This document shows, piece by piece, positions 27,211-35,702 of a DNA stretch of 64,000 nt. This stretch comes from Candidatus Poribacteria bacterium. Its GTDB lineage: Bacteria > Poribacteria > WGA-4E > JAJDTR01. Made by a program: the position numbers and the translations under genes. The stretch spans positions 3,948,479 to 4,012,478 of the forward strand of contig OZ246960.1 of NCBI GenBank assembly GCA_965232235.1, given 5' to 3'. The notes below the pieces were generated by a model that did not search any database, was not told where the DNA came from, and worked only from the letters and a program-made list of their open reading frames with translations. Numbering within the stretch: the stretch's first letter is position 1; each line of letters begins with the position of its first letter.

Positions 27211-30065
27211 ATCTCAAACATGTACGACACCACAGCGTCAATCTCCTGTCGCACAGGATCTATGGCTGCATCCTTGGCCGGACGCAATGATTGGTTAGAC
27301 AGAACGTCAAATCGCGCCGCTGCCATTTCGAGGATCGCGTCCGACAGTCTGTCTAGGCGCGGGCACGGGATCTTCCTCAAAGCCCCAATCTGCGTCGTCG
27401 ACCGCCCATTTTGCGTCCGTTGACCCTGTGTCCAGTGTACGATCATTCCAAGCGTCGAGTTCCACCACAGCGCAAACGCCTTCCGCACTCGGACATCCTC
27501 ATGTATGAGAGCAGTCCATGCCCGTCCGCCAAGCGCGGGGTGCGCGGTCGACGCAGACAATAGCGCCTGGCTCGTCCACCTAAGATTGCGGGCGTAAAAC
27601 AATGTGCTGACATACAATCTCATCTGTTCGCCCTGCTCCGTCGACCCCACCCCGGGTGGTGCCAATCCCTTGTGGGTCGGTAATACTCGCAGCGAGCGCT
27701 GCGTTTTGGAGGATGCTTCCCACAAAGCTCGATCTACTCCAATCGCATCGGTCTCGCTCGTTACCGGATGAAATTCAAATGCACCTATCGGCTCATTCCC
27801 CTTCGGATGTCCGATTAAGTGGTGCGTTGGTCCCACATGAAAGATGTCTTCAATGGTCCCCATCTCCAATCCCAAAGGAATTGGTGTCCCCGCAATATGA
27901 TCGAGCGTCCCCCGTGTAAGCGCATCGGCGGCCAGTGCCAACCCTCCATGGATTACACCAACCATGTTCCACGGCAATCCTTCACCATTCGCATACATCA
28001 CTGTGATGCACCCAATTTCGCTGTTACCGACGGTAATTGGGTGTGTCATGTTGGTCGCGGTGCACTGCGCCTTCGCTTGCTCAATTGCCCTCGTCACTTC
28101 TCTCGCCTCGCCGTTCCGAGTGCACGGTTCATAAAGTGTCACACAATGCAGCAAAGCACGATCCTTCTTTTGAGGATGCTTGCGCCGCGTTGCAACTAGC
28201 AACATCTCCTCCATCCCAGTGTCTGCCGAAAAACTTGCCTGTTTGAGCGAAGCCCCGCTTGCCGTCGCAATCAGAACAATATCCGTGAATTCCGCTTCGA
28301 CCATTCGCCGCGTTTCCGTCCATGTATCGGCGAAAGCGCATGTGAGGGGTAATACAAACCCAATTCGCCCTGTTCCTGCCTTGACCTTATGCTTGGCTAG
28401 CACAAGAAATGACGCAGCCATCCCAGCTCGCAGCCGCGCGGGTTTGTCGTTCACTAGGACGCCCCATCGTTTCTGACAGCGCTTCCGATCCTCTTCAGTC
28501 AAACCCTTCAAATCAAAAGCGCTCTGGCCGCCGCGTGTCCTAGAATACGGCGGATTCATAAGAATCCAGTCCACGCTGCCGTGACGTACTTCCACGCTTG
28601 ACGCCTCGTGTTGGACCCCACCAGCCCTACCGAGACTTTGCCCGAACAAATCTTCTGTAAACGTAGCCTCTAGATATTCGAGCGCACCAGTCAGTGCTGT
28701 CCTACCACCAACCTTTACCCAGCCAATCTGCGTTTCACCGTAACTTTCCCCTTTCCCTATATTAGCGAGACTTGAGGAAGTCAGGTGCGCTGCAATCGGA
28801 CTAATGTCAGTGCCCCTTAACCCGTGTTCCATCGCGCCGCAATGTAGTTCCGCGACAGAGTCCTCCGTTCCTCCGGCCCATTCATGCAGAGTTTGTACGC
28901 GCAAATAGCCTTCCCTTAAAAGCGTACCCGTACCGCAGGCCAAATCCGCGATAATCGACCGGCGCAGCAAGTCTGACCGGCCCCACTCCGACTCTAGTTT
29001 GTCCGATTGCCGAATCGTTAGACTCGCAAGCAACTCCGCTGTCGCCGGCTGCGTATAGAACGCCGCGCTCTCCTTCCGATCTGAAGCAAGCTTAGGAAAT
29101 AACTCCGCCCCCACGTTTATGTGTTGCCCCAAATCCGCATCCTCAATCATACCCACCGCTTCAATCAACCGTTTGAGAGCTTCGGTCGTTCCGGCACGAT
29201 GAAAGTCACCGCAAACTGCTAGCGCATTGACAGCTGGCTCAAAAATCGACCGCCAGTTGATTTCGATTATTCGCCGCCACGTTTCGACTTGCTCGAATGG
29301 ATTAGGAGTGACACCGGATACCGTCCGAACCGGTGGAATGTCATTAACTCCCTGAACTTGCAGCCGTTGCTGGATCAATAGCGCGTTTAACCAGAGTACC
29401 ATAGTAGTCTGTAATCCCTCCAATGGAGAGTTTTGCCCCACTTGTCCCGCAATTTTCCGTTGCGCGTTCTCGTGGAGAGTCGATTTCAGCGTTTCCGCAG
29501 CTTGTTTCACTAACTGAGCTACCTCTGCTGCGCGGGCCTCCACCACTTCATTAGGCATCGCGGCGGCGGCGATCAGTCGCCTAGCATCATGAACCGTGCC
29601 TTGAATGAACCCTTTAGCTGGCCACCGACGTGTAGTTCCGTCACTCAACCCGCTTTGGTGCAGTGCATACGCAATCTGCTGCAATCCGTCCTTTAACTTC
29701 GCGTATACGGAATCTGCAGAAAGTTCTCGATATTCCTCAGGAATGTGGACCGCCAGAACCGCCAGCAGCGGTCTGCCTCCTCGTGTCGTTTTCTGACCTA
29801 GCCTGTCCTGAGCATCCCTATCGGCATCTGCCGCATTGAATGATGCCTCAATTGCTGCGGCTGGCATCTGCGGGTCATCGATCAAGATATCCGCTCGACC
29901 GGAACTCAGAGTACCCGTCCGTTCTGCCAGAATGTATTCATCAGAATGGCCGAGCCAGCGAGCCTCTGTTTCCGCCAACACCTTGCCAAACTCAATGTTG
30001 AACGTGTGTTCGTGGAGTTTCCCTTTCGATTGCTTAACTAAGTACAGTTGTTCCGTTTCTGGCAT
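27075..30065 (-). CDS. MmeI/PglX-family (Type IIG/IIL-like) N6-adenine DNA methyltransferase, possibly a methyltransferase-nuclease fusion
   Basis: SAM motif I reads ADLACGTGTLL. Motif IV reads WILMNPPYSRTRGG. The N-terminus resembles the MmeI-family nuclease module (EFGKVL...GRADILIDD...AIEAS). A ~490-aa C-terminal target-recognition-type region follows. GC is higher than in the neighbours. Confidence 0.8.
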   Translation of the reverse strand: MPETEQLYLVKQSKGKLHEHTFNIEFGKVLAETEARWLGHSDEYILAERTGTLSSGRADILIDDPQMPAAAIEASFNAADADRDAQDRLGQKTTRGGRPLLAVLAVHIPEEYRELSADSVYAKLKDGLQQIAYALHQSGLSDGTTRRWPAKGFIQGTVHDARRLIAAAAMPNEVVEARAAEVAQLVKQAAETLKSTLHENAQRKIAGQVGQNSPLEGLQTTMVLWLNALLIQQRLQVQGVNDIPPVRTVSGVTPNPFEQVETWRRIIEINWRSIFEPAVNALAVCGDFHRAGTTEALKRLIEAVGMIEDADLGQHINVGAELFPKLASDRKESAAFYTQPATAELLASLTIRQSDKLESEWGRSDLLRRSIIADLACGTGTLLREGYLRVQTLHEWAGGTEDSVAELHCGAMEHGLRGTDISPIAAHLTSSSLANIGKGESYGETQIGWVKVGGRTALTGALEYLEATFTEDLFGQSLGRAGGVQHEASSVEVRHGSVDWILMNPPYSRTRGGQSAFDLKGLTEEDRKRCQKRWGVLVNDKPARLRAGMAASFLVLAKHKVKAGTGRIGFVLPLTCAFADTWTETRRMVEAEFTDIVLIATASGASLKQASFSADTGMEEMLLVATRRKHPQKKDRALLHCVTLYEPCTRNGEAREVTRAIEQAKAQCTATNMTHPITVGNSEIGCITVMYANGEGLPWNMVGVIHGGLALAADALTRGTLDHIAGTPIPLGLEMGTIEDIFHVGPTHHLIGHPKGNEPIGAFEFHPVTSETDAIGVDRALWEASSKTQRSLRVLPTHKGLAPPGVGSTEQGEQMRLYVSTLFYARNLRWTSQALLSASTAHPALGGRAWTALIHEDVRVRKAFALWWNSTLGMIVHWTQGQRTQNGRSTTQIGALRKIPCPRLDRLSDAILEMAAARFDVLSNQSLRPAKDAAIDPVRQEIDAVVSYMFEIHKAQSVSEEVTSLQSIPESGIRNAMEILRTLWCAEPSVHGWKES

Positions 30066-30350
30066 TGACTTGTCTCTCTCAAGTAGAATTCAGTAAAGCG
30101 TGAATTAAGCCGAGGTGTGCGGCGAATTGATTCTGTAGGCCTGTTCCGTTCGTTTACCACGGTCGCATCGCACGTATCCCAACCCAGATATACCACCATT
30201 CACCGCTCGGTTATAAGCTCTCTCCATCATTTCATGAATCGTCATCACTGTCAAGTATTAGCGCTACAGTGTCGAACTGTGCAAATCTAGAAAGTACCCG
30301 CTTTTAGACCACCTTCGCTTCCTTAAGGTATAATTGCAAACCGGCGTTAC

Positions 30351-30379
30351 TTGACAAAAGCAGCCAATCATGGTATTGT
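30351..30379 (+). promoter_or_regulatory. sigma70-like promoter TTGACA-N17-TATTGT
   Basis: It is placed ~24 nt upstream of the RBS of the small ORF at 30403. Confidence 0.4.
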
Positions 30380-30402
30380 ATAAGGGAAAGGAGGTGAGAA
30401 AA

Positions 30403-30621
30403 ATGGCCGAAAACACGGACGAAGAAAAATGGGAAAAGGTTTTCATGATTGTTGGAGCACAATCTTCTGAAGGAAGGCACAAGATAGAGATATTTGAGCC
30501 ATCTGGGAAACCGATTAGCCAAGGTAAACTGAGCAACAGAAGAGTTGAGAGTGGGATTAACAACTACAGCGACAGAACACAATATTATGCTGTTATTGAT
30601 TTCCCAAAGGTTCAAGAATAG
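30403..30621 (+). CDS. small hypothetical protein (72 aa) in a self-contained promoter-RBS-terminator unit
   Basis: AGGAGGTGA lies 7 nt upstream of the ATG. A strong terminator follows 12 nt after the stop. No recognisable domain. The ORF-track start at 30370 would translate the RBS. Confidence 0.55.
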   Translation: MAENTDEEKWEKVFMIVGAQSSEGRHKIEIFEPSGKPISQGKLSNRRVESGINNYSDRTQYYAVIDFPKVQE

Positions 30622-30632
30622 TGAACAATACT

Positions 30633-30655
30633 GGCGGGGGGTACCGCCCCCCGCC
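30633..30655. terminator. strong intrinsic terminator hairpin GGCGGGGGG-tacc-CCCCCCGCC
   Basis: 9-bp all-GC stem plus a G-U closing pair, followed by A/T-rich sequence. Confidence 0.6.
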
Positions 30656-30762
30656 TAAATTCAAATTGTCAAGCAAAAACGCATAACACAAGGCAGGTAT
30701 ACCCTACTCTACTAATTGCAAATTCTTTAAATATTGCCAATATAATCACTGGAGGACTGCAT

Positions 30763-31818
30763 ATGAGGAAAGTCGTAATTAAGATGTTAGCACTGTTCGT
30801 GCTATTGAGTGGTGTGGCGCAAGCCAGTGAAATCATCGCCTTTACGAGCACGCGCGATGGGAATTCGGAAATCTATGTCATGGATGCTGATGGAGCCAGT
30901 CCGATTAACTTGACAAACAGTCATGCTGATGATTGGGAGCCAGCTTGGTCACCTGCCGGCAAACAGATTGCCTTCCATACCAGTCGGGATGGGAATGCTG
31001 AAATCTACGTCATGGGTGCTGATGGAGACAATCCAATTAACTTGACAAACAATCCTGCGGATGACTGGGAGTTAGCGTGGTCACCCGACGGCGAACAGAT
31101 TGCCTTCCACACCAGTCGGGATGGGAACGCTGAAATCTACGTCATGGATGCTGATGGAGACAATCCAATTAACTTGACAAACAGTCCCGCGGATGAATGG
31201 AAACTAGCTTGGTCACCCGATGGCGCACAGATTGCCTTTAACACCAGTCGGGATGGGAACGCTGAAATCTATCTCATGGATGCTGATGGAAACAATCCAA
31301 TTAACTTGACAAACAATCCTGCGGATGACTGGGAGCTAGCGTGGTCACCCGACGGCAAACAGATTGCCTTCCACACCAGCCGAGATGGGAACGCTGAAAT
31401 CTACGTCATGGGTTCCGATGGAAGAAATCCAATCAACCTGACAAACAATCCTGCGGATGACTGGGAGCTAGCGTGGTCACCTGACGGCAAACAGATTGCC
31501 TTCCATACCAGCCGGGATGGGAACGCTGAAATCTACGTCATGGGTGCTGATGGAGATAATCCAATTAACGTATCTAACAGTCCTGCGGATGAATGGAAGC
31601 TGGCCTGGTCACCCCAGAGCGCACAGATTGCCTTTAGCTCTAGTCGGGATGGGAACGCTGAAATCTACGTCATGGGTGCTGATGGAGACAATCCAATAAA
31701 CTTGACAAACAATCCTGGTTCTGACGAGTCACCGGCTTGGTTCGATTCTCGTGTTGCAACGGCGGTGGAACCTGCACGAAAGTTGAGCACTACATGGGGA
31801 AGGATAAAAACGAAGTAA
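30763..31818 (+). CDS. secreted PD40 beta-propeller protein composed of seven near-identical 44-aa repeats
   Basis: GGAGG lies 7 nt upstream of the ATG. The signal peptide is MRKVVIKMLALFVLLSGVAQA. The unit ADDWELAWSPDGKQIAFHTSRDGNAEIYVMGADGDNPINLTNNP occurs 7 times. The tail is VATAVEPARKLSTTWGRIKTK. Confidence 0.85.
   Translation: MRKVVIKMLALFVLLSGVAQASEIIAFTSTRDGNSEIYVMDADGASPINLTNSHADDWEPAWSPAGKQIAFHTSRDGNAEIYVMGADGDNPINLTNNPADDWELAWSPDGEQIAFHTSRDGNAEIYVMDADGDNPINLTNSPADEWKLAWSPDGAQIAFNTSRDGNAEIYLMDADGNNPINLTNNPADDWELAWSPDGKQIAFHTSRDGNAEIYVMGSDGRNPINLTNNPADDWELAWSPDGKQIAFHTSRDGNAEIYVMGADGDNPINVSNSPADEWKLAWSPQSAQIAFSSSRDGNAEIYVMGADGDNPINLTNNPGSDESPAWFDSRVATAVEPARKLSTTWGRIKTK
30826..31753 (+). 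repeat. 132-bp tandem repeat array (about 7 copies, >90% identical) inside the PD40 gene
   Basis: Successive units are nearly identical at nucleotide level (gatgggaa(c/t)gctgaaatctacgtcatgg(a/g)tgctgatggaga(c/t)aatccaattaacttgacaaaca(a/g)tcctgcggatga(c/a)tggga...). Confidence 0.8.
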
Positions 31819-32688
31819 TAAAGCAGGGCCTTGTCGGCGTTTCTAAATCCCTAGTCCGAGTAACTTGATCGGATTTCGAGGTAAGAAGGAGAGTCGAAAG
31901 TGGGCCGTTAGCTGCGACGGCAACCTCAAGTAAAGACCAGTAAAATCTCTCCTACCCGATTCATCGGTCGCAATCCGTAACCCAATCCACAGAAAACGGC
32001 GATGTTTCAATCCTCCAAAAAGACACAATGACATCCAGAAAAACGGCGCCCAGCGCAATTCTGTGCTTTCCTTTTCCGGGTTTTGGACAAAATCTCGTGA
32101 TTACGACCGATTAACGCTCAGTCGCTGCTAATCCGACGCGCTCGAGTTGGCGCGCTCGAGTTGGCGCGGCAATTCGCTAACTTCAAGCAGGAATCATCCA
32201 CTGGGATTCTCTCCGATGCTCGCTATCAGCTAGACTCTAACCAATAGACAAGCCACGGTTACTGAAACGATCCCCCCACACCGGTCTATCACAATTTCTG
32301 GCGCCCGGACGCTGAAATCATCTGTGCATATTTACGCGCCACCCTCATCCTCAAAATCGAACTGATGCCGCAGAATTAATAACTCAATCGTATATGACAG
32401 TGAGAGAGCAAGACCTGTTCGGCTCTCACATCTGGAATTGGGACGAATGGTTCGTGGCTAAACTCTGGATAGCGGATTTGGTAGAGAGCGAATCAATTGC
32501 TTCACCTCTATCGTAACAGCTTCTGGATGATTCCGCTTGCTACGGCCATGTCCTCAATCCATTTGTGGTAGTTCGTCCAGAGCCGGTTGAAACTAACTCA
32601 CGAAACTCTCGCGCGTCGACGCAAGGAAGGTTGACGAGAAACCAAATCTCGTGAAAAGATCTTACCCAAATACGAAACGGAGCGCATA

Positions 32689-33429
32689 ATGAACGTAACG
32701 TTTGATTCAAATGTGTGGGAAAAGGTGATTGATGAAGACGATCACCACTATGTACAAATAAAGAACAAGATTCGCACCGGCGAAATACGCCCATACATCT
32801 GTGAAATAGCTTTAAGCCTAGAAGCCATTGCGAAGAAATTGAGAGCTGAGTTTTTTAAGAGCTATAAACCCAGTATAAAATTTGAGAATTTACCGACCGA
32901 AGATGGTATGGTACGCATGCGGATGTGTATTGAACCAAATAATGAACTTCACCCAGGTTTCCATCCGAAACTGCGGTGTAAGCTTCTTAAGGCACGCAAT
33001 CTAGGATTCCGTGTGCTCAGGATGACAAGTTTTGGAACGGTGCGTCCTAATGACATCCCGGATGACATGTATGTAGACTTCGTCAGTATTGATGAATTCT
33101 GGCCATATGCCGAACCACTGGCAAGGTGCAGTGAACATATAACGGCACTGGGTTGTGGGCAAGCACCGTACAACCAACTGAAAGAGAGATTTGATGATAG
33201 CCAGGGGATACCATCTGAATTCGATAAGAGCTTCCGGGAAGCCGTTGCGGAATGGGTTGACGGCGACTCACTTTCGGCACACTATGCCTCTGGTAATGAG
33301 TGGTTCTGTACAGATGACAAAGCCGGGAATGCCGGCACTGGATCAATATTTCATCCTCAAAATAGAGCCCGATTAAAAAAGAATTTCGGTATCAAGATAA
33401 TCTCGAGTCATGATGCTGCTCGACTCTAA
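32689..33429 (+). CDS. hypothetical protein; N-terminus weakly PIN-like (VTFDSNVWEKVID)
   Basis: 246-aa ORF after an 870-bp non-coding gap. No firm domain call. Confidence 0.45.
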   Translation: MNVTFDSNVWEKVIDEDDHHYVQIKNKIRTGEIRPYICEIALSLEAIAKKLRAEFFKSYKPSIKFENLPTEDGMVRMRMCIEPNNELHPGFHPKLRCKLLKARNLGFRVLRMTSFGTVRPNDIPDDMYVDFVSIDEFWPYAEPLARCSEHITALGCGQAPYNQLKERFDDSQGIPSEFDKSFREAVAEWVDGDSLSAHYASGNEWFCTDDKAGNAGTGSIFHPQNRARLKKNFGIKIISSHDAARL

Positions 33430-34169
33430 CATTCCAATTGAGCCGGCTACCTGCCGTAGTGTTGGTAGCGGAAGTGTGTCTTCATGCCTTGTGTGGCGCT
33501 GCGCGCATACGGGATGGCGTGCTTGACCTCAGCTCGAACATGGACGCAATTTCATCTTTGGACAGGACGGCGTCCATTCCGGCGACAAAGCGAAAATTCA
33601 ATATGGAAAGGAGAATACGTAATTTGAACAGGCTAATGGCCACGAGCGTAGTTAAGATTCGCCTTCCAGTTATCCGGGCACAACGACCACTGATCGACTG
33701 CCTCATTTCCGAAGTTAACTACCTGCGTTCCCAGCTCGACAAACAGACACAACTTCTGGCGGCTTTGACCGCACAGAACAGCAATATGATGGCAAAGTTG
33801 AAACCCGCGCCTCGACCCTCATGGTTCGAGAGAATTCGGCAGAAGTTCCCTGTGAATTCCGCCAAGAACGAACCGGATACCGAGACGCCCTGACACTTTT
33901 TTCTTCCCGCATTGCCCACAGTCGGCTACAATACCTGTGTCGCTTTTTACAAGGGCGGCTGCCAATCCCCGGGCAGCCACCCTTGTCGCGTCTTAGCATA
34001 GTGACCGCCGGATAGCCTTAATTCACGATCAAGCCCGCACGCGCACAAAAGACTCTGTAACTCAACTGCGGCTTCAAGGCAAAACCCTCACTGAAGCCGA
34101 TGACGAGAAGGACTTTGACTTGTACGTGCTGGATATTACCGCGTTCGTATCCGATTCACGGAGGATTAA

Positions 34170-34853
34170 ATGAAAAAAGAATTCATCTACGCCGCTATAG
34201 GTGGCTGCATCGGTGCCATCTTAACCTCAATCTTCAACCTGTTCTCTCCACTTAACGCACAGGATATACCGCCTGACGTGACGTTCGGCAAAATAACCTG
34301 TAAAGAGCTTCACGTGCAAGACCCGCTGGGTACCACAAACATAACGGGAGGTGCGATCTACGTAAGTGGTCACCTTCACCTAAGCCCCGAATTAAACAGT
34401 GGCTTAAATCGCCCTAAGCACGTTCGCCACCCACATCGTCATGCACTAAGCGGGGTAACCCAGATATTGGGAGGATACATCGGCGTATCGCCACTAGAGG
34501 ATAAGTATTCTCAGTATACTGTGTCTAAACGCCCTGTGTCTAAAGCCTCTATGTTTTGTGATAAAAACGGCGGCCGTGTGTTGGTAGAAGGAACCCTCGC
34601 CGGTCCAGGCTTGTCGCTGGTCGACATTAAGATAGCAGGTCACGGTGGGTATGTGTCTCTCGAAGGTCAAGACGGGGAATCGGAAGCGGTTATGTACATA
34701 GATGAATACGGTGGCAATTTGGATTTATATGGTAATAATAGCAACGTACCAACGGGAGGCGTGGTACCGCGGGTAATGCTAAGCGTCACCAAAAAGGGAG
34801 ACGGGGTCGTAAATTTATTTGATAAACAAGGCCTACTCACTACTCCACCATGA
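34170..34853 (+). CDS. hypothetical N-terminally membrane-anchored / secreted Gly-rich beta protein
   Basis: GGAGG lies 5 nt upstream of the ATG. The N-terminal hydrophobic helix is FIYAAIGGCIGAILTSIFNLF. Gly-rich repeats occur (ITGGAIYVSGHLHL, GHGGYVSLEGQDG). Confidence 0.55.
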   Translation: MKKEFIYAAIGGCIGAILTSIFNLFSPLNAQDIPPDVTFGKITCKELHVQDPLGTTNITGGAIYVSGHLHLSPELNSGLNRPKHVRHPHRHALSGVTQILGGYIGVSPLEDKYSQYTVSKRPVSKASMFCDKNGGRVLVEGTLAGPGLSLVDIKIAGHGGYVSLEGQDGESEAVMYIDEYGGNLDLYGNNSNVPTGGVVPRVMLSVTKKGDGVVNLFDKQGLLTTPP

Positions 34854-35050
34854 CCCCACTCAAAATCATCTTCACCAACATCATCGCCATGGGCGGCTTG
34901 GTTCTTGTGGGCTGCAGCCTCCAAGTTGATGATCACACTCATGAGCAGGGTGCCACCTCCAATGCCGTGATTGTAAGTATCGATCGCCCAGTAGAAGAAG
35001 GTGCGCCTGACGGCCCAAACATTGACGACAAAATCAACATTGGCGCATGA
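34850..35050 (+). CDS. small putative lipoprotein (66 aa)
   Basis: ATGA start/stop overlap with the upstream gene. Lipobox-like LVGCS follows a hydrophobic segment. Confidence 0.35.
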   Translation: MTPLKIIFTNIIAMGGLVLVGCSLQVDDHTHEQGATSNAVIVSIDRPVEEGAPDGPNIDDKINIGA

Positions 35051-35295
35051 ACGAAAACGGGTTGGCAACTGATAACGATAACCTTTTCCGAAAAACCTTT
35101 GAATCTACATGTGGAAATCCCATACGCAGCCCCTCGCGTGTCTGAATGGACTTTGCAAAACCGTGTACTCACCATACACATATTCTGCGACACAAGGGCG
35201 TTTCCAGATCATATCTACCCAATTCAGCTATTTTGGGCTTCAGGATACATCATCCTTAACTATCACTTTCCCCTTTAGTAGGAAGGAGTCACACC

Positions 35296-35586
35296 ATGAA
35301 ATATATCATCACCGAAGCACCCGCGACTATCAACTGTATTTATGTTTACCAATATAGAATTGACAGTAAAAGGAACACAGATACAGACGACATGAATAGG
35401 GACGATTACTATCTATGGGCAGCCGTCGCCGATATTAACTGCGGTGCAACCCATCCGTGTACCGTGCAACTGTGTCCATATCGTGGGGATCAATTCTATG
35501 CCATAAGAGTGTTGGGTGTAGTCAATGATTTTCTGACGGACGAATCCCAATCCTACATAAGTATACCTGTTGCGCTAAAAGACTAA
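35296..35586 (+). CDS. hypothetical Cys-containing small protein (96 aa)
   Basis: GGAAGGAG lies 7 nt upstream of the ATG. No recognisable domain. Confidence 0.45.
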   Translation: MKYIITEAPATINCIYVYQYRIDSKRNTDTDDMNRDDYYLWAAVADINCGATHPCTVQLCPYRGDQFYAIRVLGVVNDFLTDESQSYISIPVALKD

Positions 35587-35702
35587 GAACAGACCGAATA
35601 ATGCGATGTGCACCTAACAGCCCCTGCGTTTACGGACGTTGGGACTTTTTTTCAGGTAACTGTCACATAATGAGATTGACCACTCCACCAATAGGATAAT
35701 TT

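Noticed and set aside
33438-33893. 151-aa ORF with a coiled-coil-like C-terminal half
   Set aside because: It has no RBS and a mixed-composition N-terminus. It overlaps several equally long antisense ORFs. It is left unannotated as too uncertain.
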